NCBI GenBank assembly: GCA_040954595.2
Contig: CM082587.2
Location: 3,666,275 to 3,730,274 of the forward strand
Direction of reading: 5' to 3'
From: Balanoglossus misakiensis
Taxonomy: Eukaryota; Animalia; Hemichordata
Length of the DNA stretch: 64,000 nt
The translations under genes were made by a program, and so were the position numbers. Position 1 is the first letter of the stretch. Each line of letters starts with the position of its first letter. Of the stretch, positions 1 through 11,974 are shown one piece after another. The notes beneath the pieces are model-generated. The model searched no databases, was not told the origin of the DNA, and was given only the letters and a program-made list of their open reading frames with translations.

Positions 1-2654
1 AGGTAGACGTCGTCAAGGATTTGTTTAACTTAGTAGTGCTCAGAAAAAAAGGCACAGTTCGAATCGCAAATGATGGCGACACTAATCCCATTCACCGAAT
101 CAAACATTGAAGACATGCCACTGCACCAGGTCCAGTATTTATTTCAGCGCTATCAAAAATTCACGCATAAATTATCTGCGCGCTTTTCATTAGCAGAGAT
201 CAGAGGCGACGGTACGAATGCATAAAAATTGATTTCAATTCACTGTTGAATTCGGGTCACGATCTCATTCCTGGCTTGCCCGGGGAAAGCAAAGTCGAGA
301 CAGGGCTCGGAATGACATGTAACGAGGTCACCCGGACACATCCAGGAATTGACAGCTCGTGTGTGTGTATGGGGGGGGGGGGGTATACAGAGGCGAGCGA
401 AATAAGAGGTTTCCAGAAAATTTGACAAGGTATTAAGTGGTCGCGTTTATTCGGTAGTTCTGGAATCGGAGGGACGTGAGCAGGAAATTAGCGGTCAGTT
501 TGATTAAGACACATGAACACTTGACATGACGCTGAATGATATGGACCCTGCCCCTTCAAAGAGACCTGCACACCCAGGGGATCGGCAGCTGTATGTGATG
601 TTAACACAGTATTTTGTGTTTCTATGTGAGATGTCGAAAGTTCACCGCAAGCGCTCGGCCGGGGAGTAATCATGCAGTGTGCGCGGCCTCTTTTTGTCAT
701 GCAAAGAATAATTGCAATCAGGTGTTCGTCCAATCAGCAAGTTGCAAGTACCCTCCCTGGCTTTGCATGCGTTATCTATTGCAATGCACCATCTGGTCGT
801 GTTTTTTGGAGCCTCGTGGTTCATTCTTATGCACAACTATGTGATCTTTATGCATAAAAAGGTGTAAATTAAAGTTCCTGGGGGACTAATTCTCGTCTCG
901 CCTGAAATGCTTTATGGAAATCGTTTGTAATTATCTGAGTATTCATGTTGAGGTTTGACCTGTTCAGGGGGCAAGGGGTCGGGTCAACTTTCGATACAGG
1001 TGAAACATCTCGGGTAATTGGCTGTCTTCAGTCGGAAATACGTTCGCCATGCCGCTGAGCCTACTAACAACGCGAGGTCGAAAAGTCCTCGCCAGTAATT
1101 TATTGGACCCCGGCGATATCATGCAGTCTGCAGTGGGGAAAAAATGTGCGCCGTTTGATTCTTGGATCGCTTCGATAGTCATGCAAAAACAGGCCATAGA
1201 TAACAACGTTAGCACAAGATCCAGAAGTATATTTTCTAAGTAATATCAGCGAGACACCATCCGCCCATAGCCGGGCAGAGAATAATCTCGCAGGAGTTAT
1301 TTTTCTCCCTGATAATTTAGGCTCCATTTGACGTGCTGTGAGAATAGCGGAAATGTAGACGTCCAATTATTTTCTTGGTGAAGTCAGCTCATTTTCCATT
1401 GAAACAATATTGGAAAGAAAGAGTTATTGTATTAAATTCAACAGACGACATATGTGTGAGGATAATCCAATGACCCTTTTGACGTAATATCTTTATTGTC
1501 AAGGAAACCGACCATCAACGAGTTTTTACTGGCATACATTATACCCCTCCAGCCGTTTAAGAGTCTTCACAAATAGTAATAACCGAGACAGAGTGTAAAA
1601 CGAGGTTTTAAAATAATCATGAAATATTAATTTTCAATTTTCAGGATAGAATAAGACGGTTCGTTTTTTTTGGCGACGCTCATTTCCGGTAATTGCAACG
1701 GGAGGTGAACATGATGACTACCGGCATTGAATTAGCTATTCTCAATTGTAATTTCATATGTTTCATTTTTTGTAAGCCGTTAACTGCATGATTGGATTCT
1801 AATTTCCAAGAAGGCTGCGGCCTTGCAGAATATTGATGTTACAAACGATCTCCGACCCACTTATAAATAATGCATCCCTGTGGCTGTAGACAAAATATGT
1901 AAAAAGGGGGGCATTTGGTGGCGTCGTTGGAAACGCAAGACAATCCTTTCCCCCGGTAAAATACGAGGAGACCATATGCAACGCAGGACAGCCAACATCT
2001 GTTGCGAATCTCTTGTCTGAACCACATTGTTTCGCTTGGTTGGTTTCTGCCTGAGTTCGATTATGAAGATTAGAAAACGTCACCTTCGACGAATTCGGTC
2101 GTCTCCATCGTTCGCACGAAGGGGTCAACGATCTTGCGTTAGAGCGAAAACTGTCTTGTAGACCTCACGTTTTCCAGTCGTTTTTCAGTTGCCCTGAGTG
2201 AGCTGAGTTTCATGATCGGGATTGTTTACTTAAAATCAAGCATTTCGCCTTCGAGTAACGAACTCTCTGCAGTCTTTGACTCGTCTTCCATTCATACAAT
2301 TACAACCCTTGCAACAGCCTTCGATAACAAAATGAAAGTACGTCGCTCTTGATGTACAGGTGTGTCCGTTGTATTTATCGAAAAAATGTAACTGATAAAG
2401 ATTTGAAAATAGATTTCTTACAGAGTCACTAATATATGCCACTAATCGGGCTTTCATCTGTTAATGTAATATACCTAAAAGGTTCAGTCATTTTTCCTTG
2501 ACATGACCCTAAATTACAACTGGCAGAGGATTTGAAATGACACAATGATGAAAAAAGAGTCAGCTCATATGTATAGAAGATGTGCAGGGACAAAGCTGGA
2601 TTAGACTCGCTTTGTGAAAGACTGGCGTTCATTTAAGGGCGGTTTATATCTTAC

Positions 2655-2764
2655 AAGGGAATGTATTCAACATCGCCGTGATATGCGGGAGGTTGTATTA
2701 TGTTACTGTTATACGGCTTTTGTGCGAGACGGGAAAACTGTTTACGTAGGGAATCAGTTGCCAT
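2655..2764 (-). CDS. Candidate alternative first coding exon (MATDSLRKQFSRLAQKPYNSNIIQPPAYHGDVEYIP+TT) of an unidentified large minus-strand gene
   Basis: gccATGG Kozak context at 2764; 36 open codons plus 2 nt; then GTAAGA donor. Phase 2, like the long exon at 29961-30343. No homology recognised. Confidence 0.45.
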
Positions 2765-4236
2765 GGCAATACGGAAACCTAATACAATTCGAGCCATTTT
2801 CCAGCATTTCTAGAATTGAAAGAGAAGTCCCAACGCGCGTGTGTGTTTTGTTGCAAAAGAGCCCGTTTGCAAACTTTCAACGAGCGGAATACGCTATTCA
2901 CTGCTGGACCAGTATGACGTCGCATAGACAAAGTTTGTATAAGTCACGAGGTCCCACGAGTGAATAATTCAACTTCCTTCAATCAACAAACAAAATACAA
3001 AGGTGTAATAGACGTCGAAAAGTGATTACTTCATTATTGATCCCGGCTGTTCTGACAGGCAAATTTAACAAATGCATTCAAAAACACGTCGGGTCAATAT
3101 AGCAGTTTAATATTTGACTGACTTGGCAAATGCACGCCCCTTGTGTCAGGATTTACATCCTATAGCATTATCCACGGACGATCCTTGTTTGGAAAATGAC
3201 CGAGACGGCAAGACTCCCTGGTTATGACGGCCATTTTCTGAGATATACCACTGGCGATTTTAGTATTGATTAAAAAGTTGAAGAAACTGAAGAGGTCAAG
3301 GGTCAGCACTGAGCACACTCTTTAATGATCAAGATTCCACTATAAGTGAATTGCTCAGCTATAGCTACATACTCCAATTTCCAACACAGTACCATTCTCT
3401 CGGAGACTTGCACTTATTCACCCACGTCATACAATTGTCTTGAACGGCTGTCCATCGTTCTAACTAGTTATTTCATTCGGGCTGTTCAGCAAGTGCTTGT
3501 GACATCGATTGATCTCGAACTGCTTTTCGAGAGTAATAAGAGGCGTCGCGGTATAATGCGTTTACATGCAGACCGCGTTTGTTTCAAGTATTGTTTTTTT
3601 CAAATGCCATGTGCGATTGCTACGGTGGATGCTGAAACGCTGCCGATTTAATGGCAGTCGTGACGCAAGAGCGGACGCGACGTAATCGTGAACATAGGCT
3701 CGTCGGTTATTACAATCAACCGGTTATTTGAGAAAGAGCTACGAAAGAGCTCCCTTTCCTGCCTATTACGGCTTCTGCATTTAGTGTCGCTATACGTCAG
3801 ATTGGTTTGGAAGTAGCCGTAATCACCCAGAAATCACCTACAACAGATCCCATTGTGGTCGAAAGTTCCTTTTCCTCAACGGCAAAATGACGAAAGTTCC
3901 AAAAAAGGAAATGTCAATGTAGGCTAATTGGAATCCTTGTTGCAATATCCTGGTACTATAGTCATATTGTTGTTCACAGTAACCGCGGAAACATCTATAT
4001 TTAATTAGTACAACGCATTGCATTAGCAATGGTGCATTAGTACAGTGCACATCCCTTCTTCGCTTGGTGATTTGGTGTCATTCATCCAAGAATGAACTTC
4101 ACGGTGTACGAGTATGACGTCAGACTCGGGGGATAATCAAACACGAAAACGCATTTTGTCGTGAATCTGTCCACTAGTACCGCCATTACCTGATCCGAAA
4201 CGTGTAACCACGCACGAGTGATAAAGTTTATCTTAC

Positions 4237-4295
4237 AAGGGATTTGCTTTAAAGCACACATCCACCCTGCAGCGTTTCTGTTTAATCAAATCCAT
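4237..4295 (-). CDS. Candidate alternative first coding exon (MDLIKQKRCRVDVCFKANP+TT)
   Basis: ATG at 4295 (in-frame ATG also at 4370); open to a GTAAGA donor in phase 2; junction TCCCTT|GTAAGATA is identical to that of the 2655 exon. Confidence 0.4.
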
Positions 4296-5879
4296 CACAA
4301 AAAACACACAATATAAACCCAATGCCGGCGACAAGCTCGTATCGGGGAAAATCTGTACTCCACGGTCCATTAGAATCCCTGGCCGACCAAGGTTTCCTTT
4401 TGAAGGATCCGTAGTCGACGACTCGCGGGCGTAAACCACAACCCCCAGTACTCGTACCAACCGAAATCTGCCATGTAATGAAATTCGACAACCATTATCC
4501 TTGATAGCCCCTGGTGGACACTAACCCGCCCTACAAACAACCTAATATCTTGTATCATGACGAGGATTACAGCATCGCCACGGGCCACGTGGCGGCAGCT
4601 GATTAATTTCAAATTGGTAGAACGTTGTACAATGAACGTGGAAGTCTATCATGCCATGGGTGATGGCCAATATGTAACTCCAAAACATTCCTGGCCAAAT
4701 TTGATATAGTCTCGTCAGGAAAGAGTTTTTAGGTTTGAAAAAAAAAGAAATGACACCAGCGATGAAGGGCAGACTACCAAAAAGCAGATTTTGATTAATT
4801 TACCCTCTAACGTCAGAACATTCTACACGTTTAAATCATTAGATACATACATACATAGAGTCAGAAAAGGAGAGTAGCGAGGTATGGAGCGAGCGAGAGA
4901 TAATCGTCCAAACGAGCCCGTTAAGCTTCCGTTAGTCTTTAATACAAATAACAAATCACTATAGGAACCGAATTGCTCTATATATTATCATAGAACAACC
5001 TTCCTCGGTGACAAGCAGTCACGAAGGCACAGCTGCTGCTTGAGCTATTCGCATAAAATTTTCAGTGTTAATAAGAGCCAAACCCTTAGGGCGTAATCGC
5101 GGTGAAAAATGATCACTTATCTGGACGACATCTTAGTTACATTGCTGAGATATCGGCGTAAGTATACGAGTCAAGGTGGAACGCTAGTCGAAGCATGAAG
5201 TGCAAAGAAAATTAGCCCGAATCAGTATTGTGTGATCAGCCTGATGTGTTCAACTGTCACCAGCATCTGCACACTTTCGCATCCCGCATACAAGATCATC
5301 GTTTCGGGCAATTCTCTGGCGTATTTTATGTAAAATATTCCCTAAACAGAAACCCGACATCGGCACGGCAATATTCACATGTCGCTCCCTCTCTTTGCAT
5401 ATGCCCGCGAAAAAAAAAGTGCTCTATTGTTTACATTTGACCCTTTCCCAAGAAATTCATGGCATTGACGTCACCATCGCCGTGGTAACGACTGCACGGC
5501 AGGTCGGCAAACTGGCTTTGCATCGGCAGTAACAGAAAGCCTGCGAGGCGCGCATTTCAACCCGAATGGTTGCATTCGCGTCTACCAGTCTACTGCAGCA
5601 TTCATATCCATGCTTCAAAGACACACAAGTGCATATACCTCCAGCGATAAGTTACGACAGTATGACATATACAGAAGAATAGCCCCGTGTGCCAATTATG
5701 GCATGCTGTATCTCAACCGCTAACATGGAGGTCAAATCACAATTTGACGAAAATGTATTTTTATACAAATAATCGCCAGTTTTCGAGAATGCCTAAATGC
5801 ATGTGCAGAGCAATATATTTCATCTCGCCCAGGCGGTTGTTCTCAGTCCATTGTGTGAAATGAGAAAAGAGAGTCATAA

Positions 5880-6682
5880 GGCTGCATTCACAAACACCTC
5901 TGGAGGGGGGGGGGGGCGGGAGAATTCAATTTTTTTTACCGCTAATTTTCACATGCCCCCCTTCCGAACTGCCAATATTTTCAAATCCCCCCCTTCCGAA
6001 CTGCCAAAATTTTGAAATCCCCCCCCATTTTCTTTCACAGAGCAAAACACATCACCTATCTATCTTGTAAAAAGAAAAACAGCGCTCCCATGAAAAGAAT
6101 TTGAAACTGATGTTTCCCCTCATCAGTGGGTATTAAAACTGAACATTGTTTTTATTTTTAAAGTACATATATTTGTATTCTGTGTTGGGAGACATTGTAA
6201 ACCGAGAATTGAAGGGGGTGGGTTTGGGAGGGGGTGTCCCCCTCCCACGTACGAAAATTTTCTAAAATACAGAGCTCAAAGCTGCATTTTAATGAACCCG
6301 GCAAAAGCAAATTAACTCAACTACCGGTAGGTTGGGGAGGACAAATTTAACCGTCGTCGCTAAAAGTTATCATGGGGTGGGGCAAATCCCCTGACCTGGG
6401 ACACTAGATAAACCAGTCAATGATTGAAAGGTGTTGATGAATGGAGGGGGTGGGTGTGGGAGGGGGTGTCCCCCTCCCACATTAGAAAATTTTGTAAAAT
6501 AAAGGGCGCGAAACTGCATTTTTGTGGACTCAAAATAAATATTTAGTGGTTAAAGTTTTCAAGTCCCCCCCTTTCAGTCCCTAAATTATTTCAAATCCCC
6601 CCCCTTACATACCCTCAATTTTTTCAAATCCCCCCCCTCAATTCTCCTGCCCCCCCCTCCAGAGGTGTTTGTGAATGCAGCC
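5880..6682. mobile_element. Non-autonomous DNA transposon (MITE, 803 bp) with TAA target-site duplication, Zator or PIF/Harbinger-like
   Basis: TIR GGCTGCATTCACAAACACCTCTGGAGGGGGG at 5880 and its reverse complement ending 6682; TAA on both sides (5877-5879, 6683-6685); internal direct repeat GGGGGTGGGT.TGGGAGGGGGTGTCCCCCTCCCAC near 6214 and 6446; no transposase ORF. Confidence 0.85.
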
Positions 6683-9645
6683 TAAACGGAGAAAATGGAG
6701 ACTGAGTTCAGACATTGCAGAGTTACATGGTTGTAAGTATATACAATCACTTACTAATGAGCAACCAGTCTCACATAGCACACAATGCGCACTGCATTTG
6801 CGCAGTTCATCCACCAGAAAGTACAATACCACTTTTGTCATTCCGCCTCATCTAAACCGGGCACCAGCGAAAATCTTGTTAGTTCACACTATATACGTAA
6901 ATTCCTAATAACATTCAGAAGATGTGAAATGCGTGATTCCAACAGGACTGCCTATGCAGAGGGGCTCTCTTTAAGCGCATCAATACACTGGCGAGTGTCG
7001 GCGTTTCATATAAACCTAAATTTATATGACAAGAAAAAAAGCTGCATGTATGTGCTGTTGCCACGTTCTGTATGATTTACTGTGGATTAATGACGGCTTT
7101 CGAGAAATCTATTCAAAATCCATGCATGTGTGACGCACTGGCTGTCAATTCGGGGCACTGCAAGTTGCGAAGTGCGCTGATTACAGAACCCGCACATAAT
7201 GGAAAATCTGTCCCAAATAAAAAAGCAGTTGTCAAATTTAAGAAAAGTGTGTTTGGACAGAATAGAGCGCTGCTTCAGTGCGAGGAGTTAAGCATGTATG
7301 TTGAATTGGAAACCAACGCGAGTCAACGACCTTTAATCGTCCTCGATCAAACCTGATAGCTGCCTTCGAGTTGGAAGAAAAATGACAGGTATTACATCTA
7401 AAGTAATCCAATAGATATGAAATTGCTCAGATAATAATCTTTAAGACGCGGCACGCAGAGTGTTGCATCAAATAATCTATAGAACGGAGATATAAGGAAC
7501 GTGACAGGAAAGTACAAAAAAAATCTTTTCTGGAGAAGTTGAAAGGCACGACCAAAAATACTAAATTATAGGCTATTTCCTTCGTTGGCAAAAGGACCTG
7601 CTTGATAATCACTCAATGCAATTTCCCATGTCATATTTTCCACATCACATACGTTTCAGAAATACGACCTTCGTGAAAATGGCGGCGTCTTTGTCAGTCT
7701 AATTCGTAACCGTGGGTATAATAATGTTCTTTGATGGAGGAGGGGGGGCAATGACCAGGTTTTATCGACGGAGGTTGAAAATTTACCCTCTCTTTTCTTT
7801 TCAAGTCAGTAAAAAATATTTATATTTTTTTCCGTTGATTGACCTGTCATAAAGTGAAACAGTTTCAGAAACGCGTCTCGGAATAAATCGACAACGCGAG
7901 GCAATGGAACACCGGCGGAGTCAAATTGCGATCTAATCAAGCCCGGACAATTATGCATCGCCGTCATCGACGGTAATGTACGTCGTTAACTTAAGATGAT
8001 TGCAATTCTGTTGTTAGCGAAGCAAAATCACCACCAGTTGATGATAAGTGGAATGTATTAGCGAGCGGAGAGAATGTTCGGCATGAACACGTTGAGTAGA
8101 AGATAACTCCGATCCCAAGGGTCTGATAAACCAGGAGGCGGCGGGATTTAGAACAGCTGGGACACGGGGACGTTTCCCCCTTAATTCCCTACTTTCCCAG
8201 AAATCGGTAGGGTCGTTCCCGGGAATGAGCTCCTACAAGGGTGCATGGGAACCAGAGAGAGAGAGAGAGGGGGGGGGGGGGCAGTAAGGAAGGTCAAACT
8301 CCAGAAATTGAAAAGCGTATGATGAGCACTAATTGGGCTGTAAAAGTACCCCCACTATATCGACTAATCGCCTAGATCATTAATGACGAGGATTCCTCGT
8401 TTCCGAACAATCTTCGGTAGTTGTGGTTGCAGATTGGAAAAATAATAAAAGCCACTCAGATGCGGTCATTCGCCAGATGTTGTTTAGTCCAATTTCTCCT
8501 TCATCTTGTCTTATTAAGTTTCAGTTTCTGTAGAAATTGCGCCCGTCTGTTGAGCCTATATATAGTCTCTCGTCTAGTCTGCCCGTGGCTTATAGTCGGG
8601 TGTGGCGCGTACGCGTGCAAGACACACCCATGGCAGCATTGGCACTCTAGTAACTATAGTGGTCGGAATGTAATGTTTCAACATGTTTATTCCACGTTAG
8701 TCATGTTTCTTTGTGGATATGCATTGTCGTTTGTTTTAACCGTAGCTTGTCCCTACTCTCTTATCTTGACATCTTACTACTTGTGATTTAAACTGAAAAA
8801 ATGATGCGATTTATTGCTCGTTTACGACGGGTAAAGGTAAAAACATGATTTAATGTAATGTTAGGCGAGGAGCTTCCACTGATAGGTAGCGGTGATAAGA
8901 TAAAACTTAGAGACATACCATTATGCAGAGACGATCACGGCTGTGCAATAAAAAAATTTGATCATATAAAAACACCGACAGATTTATGCCTCATATTTTC
9001 TGGGCAGAGTTGCTTGTCTTCTTTAAACTCGTAATTTTATTTATTATCGTTATTGTTTGCGCCTCTTCATCCGGGCCTTAGTTCAGTCTCCCCGCCACTT
9101 AAATTGGCTGTCACGTGATCGCACCACAATCACCAGGGTGCTATAACTTTTTGATGGCGCTATAAAACAGAGGAAATCTTTGACAACATATTTCGCTGCG
9201 ATGTAGATTTACAACTTTTTTTTTCTATTGACGGGGCCATAAAATATTTTCAATCACGACAACAATATCTGGCAGTTTTCAACTTAGGAAAACGACACAG
9301 GGACTATATGTTGTGACGCCACCATGTCTGAGCCTTGAGTTATTTCAACAAGAATCACAAATTACGCTATATTTGTCACTTTTCAGCCACTAGAGATTTC
9401 ACCAAATCTTTTGACACTCAGATGGTAAACCATAAGAGAGATTAATTCTGTGCCAGACGCAAGAAATCGTAGCCGCAAACAACAAATAGATTCAGAAAGT
9501 AAACACGCTCATAAATATCACTTTTCCAAAAAAAAACTTCCACTCAGAAATTCTCTCTGCGTATCATCATACCGGCTTGCGTCTACACAAGGTGTGTTTA
9601 TGTGATCACACGGTCTCGGCGCAGGACAAAACCAAGAAGCCTTAC

Positions 9646-9701
9646 AGTTTGCAGTCCAATGTAGTGCGCGATATCACTTTGATGGAAATCCTGCTCATCA
9701 T
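9646..9701 (-). CDS. Candidate alternative first coding exon (MMSRISIKVISRTTLDCK+CT)
   Basis: ATG at 9701; 18 codons plus 2 nt; GTAAGG donor in phase 2; perfect CRE TGACGTCA about 270 bp upstream (9972). Confidence 0.3.
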
Positions 9702-10043
9702 ATTCACCGTTTATAGTGACCGACTGTATACCGTCATGAAGAGCAATAAAGGACTTTTGCAATTAGAACCCGCCAATAAGGTGGCGAGCCTTTCGAGGAA
9801 AATGAAACGTTTCACGGAATTTAGTATCATAGTACTGCGACGTGTAATGTAGAAAGACCCACAAAAGGCTGAATGTTGTCAGTTGATAATTGAGTTGGGC
9901 ACGTTATCGTCATCCATTCGATGGTACGGACGATATTGGATACATTGTAATTGCAATACCTTATCTCAGCGTGACGTCAAAGCGACCAAATTAATGCACG
10001 GAGATATTTTGTAATATATATCTCTAGAATCGGAAAGCGTTAA

Positions 10044-10205
<162 letters not shown>

Positions 10206-10888
10206 ATGCAAAGTGATAGGGAAGACTCAATTTGCAAAGGAACCTTGAAATCTGGTTTGTAGAACTGTTGATCAGCACACTGATTGGTATCACAATACTT
10301 CCGGATATTAGAATATCTGAATGTTCCTCTCCCCTGTGCATAAAGTTAAGCCGCTTATAGAACAAGCCGTGCTAACACGTAGGATAGAAAATCTGACAAC
10401 TGACAGCATAACCTAAAACGAAGGAAACCGAAGGAAACCGAAGGACACTGATTTTTCCATATTTTAGTGCGAAGGACATGGTTTTCTGTATGCTAGAGGC
10501 CGAAGGACTGGTTTAGCTTCGAATTAAACGCCGAAGGACGGGTGTAGCTCCGTAATTTTGGCCGAAGGAAAGCGAAGGACGCTCATATCTCCATATTTTA
10601 GGGCGAAGGACGTGGTTTTCTCTATGCTGGGGGCCGAAGGACTGGTTTAGTTCGGTAATTAAAGCTTAAGGACGGGTGTAGCTCCGTAATTTTGGCCGAA
10701 GGAAACCGAAGGACACTGATTTTTCCATATTTTAGTGCGAAGGACACGGTTTTCTGTATGCTAGAGGCCGAAGGACTGGTTTAGCTTCGAATTAAACGCC
10801 GAAGGACGGGTGTAGCTCCGTAATTTTGGCCGAAGGAAAGCGAAGGACGCTCATATCTCCATATTTTAGGGCGAAGGGAAGCCAGTAA

Positions 10889-11665
10889 GGTGCGGAATTG
10901 CGTTTTATCGTTTTTAGAAAGTTTAGCTACAAGTGTAGAAAGCTAAATTAGCTGTAGCTAAATAGTTCTAAACTATCTAAGTTTTAAGGATAATTATCAC
11001 TACGATAATTATCGCTTTCTAAATATCGTTCTAAATTTATAAATTAGCCACAGTTTAGAAAGCCCCCCCCCCCCCGACTAAAATTTTCTGCCGACGATAT
11101 AAGTGCTGTATTTCCATTCCAATATTTGCGGAATTTTCATGTATGATTTCAATTGGTGCATTTCAATTTCAATATTTGCGGACGGGAGAATGTTGGGAAT
11201 CGTTTATTGCCCAAATCAAGCCTTATCTCAAAACTCCTCTCAGTTTATTGAGATATGGGCTTCGTTTGTATGACACCATTGTTCTGTGCAACGACTGAAG
11301 TCTCGGGTTAATCAATGTCTTAACACCATTGTTCTACCATTATGAGGTGTTGTAAAATGTCAGAGTTAGAACTTCGACTATATATACTGTTAAAATAAAA
11401 CAAAGATCACATTTGACTTCCCACCGAAGTACTGGCCATCCCGTCTCTCCATTCCAAGCCTACTTCCAAAGTGTACGCCGTACATTTGTAAACGCCCAAG
11501 TAGTCCAACTTTCTAAACTGCTGCTAGTTTAGAAAGTTTAGAACGATATTTAGAAAGTGATAATTATCTTGAAAAAGCCGTGTTTATCATTATTAGCTAA
11601 ATTAGCTTCCTTAGACAATACATGTAGTTTAGAAATGCCCCTTCAATAAGACACAATTCCGCACC
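10889..11665. mobile_element. MITE (777 bp) with TAA target-site duplication, nested in the left arm of the Foldback-like element
   Basis: TIR GGTGCGGAATTG(C/T)GT at both ends; TAA at 10886-10888 and 11666-11668; sub-terminal inverted block GATAATTATC.CTTTCTAAATATCGTTCTAAA near 11005 and 11535-11568. Confidence 0.8.
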
Positions 11666-11721
11666 TAACTCAGGAAAGCGAAGGACAGTGATTCTCCATA
11701 TTTTAGGGAGAAGGACATTAG

Positions 11722-11974
11722 TATCCATCTCTCTGTATCTCGGAACTAGGATATCAATAGTGTGATCTTGTGTTGAGATCGTTTTTTGTCAGTTGTTTTT
11801 CATTTCCAGTTCATGGAACGTAATGTCGGCTATTCCCGGTGAAGCATTTGAGCCCACGGTACAACTGCATGTTTGCTTGTAGAATTTGTTGTTTAATTCA
11901 AAAGTATTGTTACGTAGAATTAGTGATAGCATTTCTATGAGGTATGTTTGTTTAGATTTGTTTCGTGTAAACAT
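11722..11974 (-). pseudogene. Decayed reverse transcriptase fragment, Penelope-like retroelement type
   Basis: LIEMLSLILRNNTFELNNKFYKQTCSCTVGSNASPGIADITFHELE resembles the Penelope-like RT segment (L..NN.F.FN...Y.Q..G..MG....P..A..F...LE). After a stop codon, AGA TAC AGA GA- GAT GGA (11740-11724) reads R-Y-R-D-D-G if one base is restored. Confidence 0.7.

Noticed and set aside
1799-1883. Strong minus-strand acceptor at 1884 as the possible common exon
   Set aside because: The phase-2 frame stops after about 28 codons with no convincing donor or recognisable motif.
6105-6130. CTGATGA-like motif suggesting a hammerhead ribozyme
   Set aside because: Only a simple hairpin inside the MITE; no three-stem hammerhead topology could be built.
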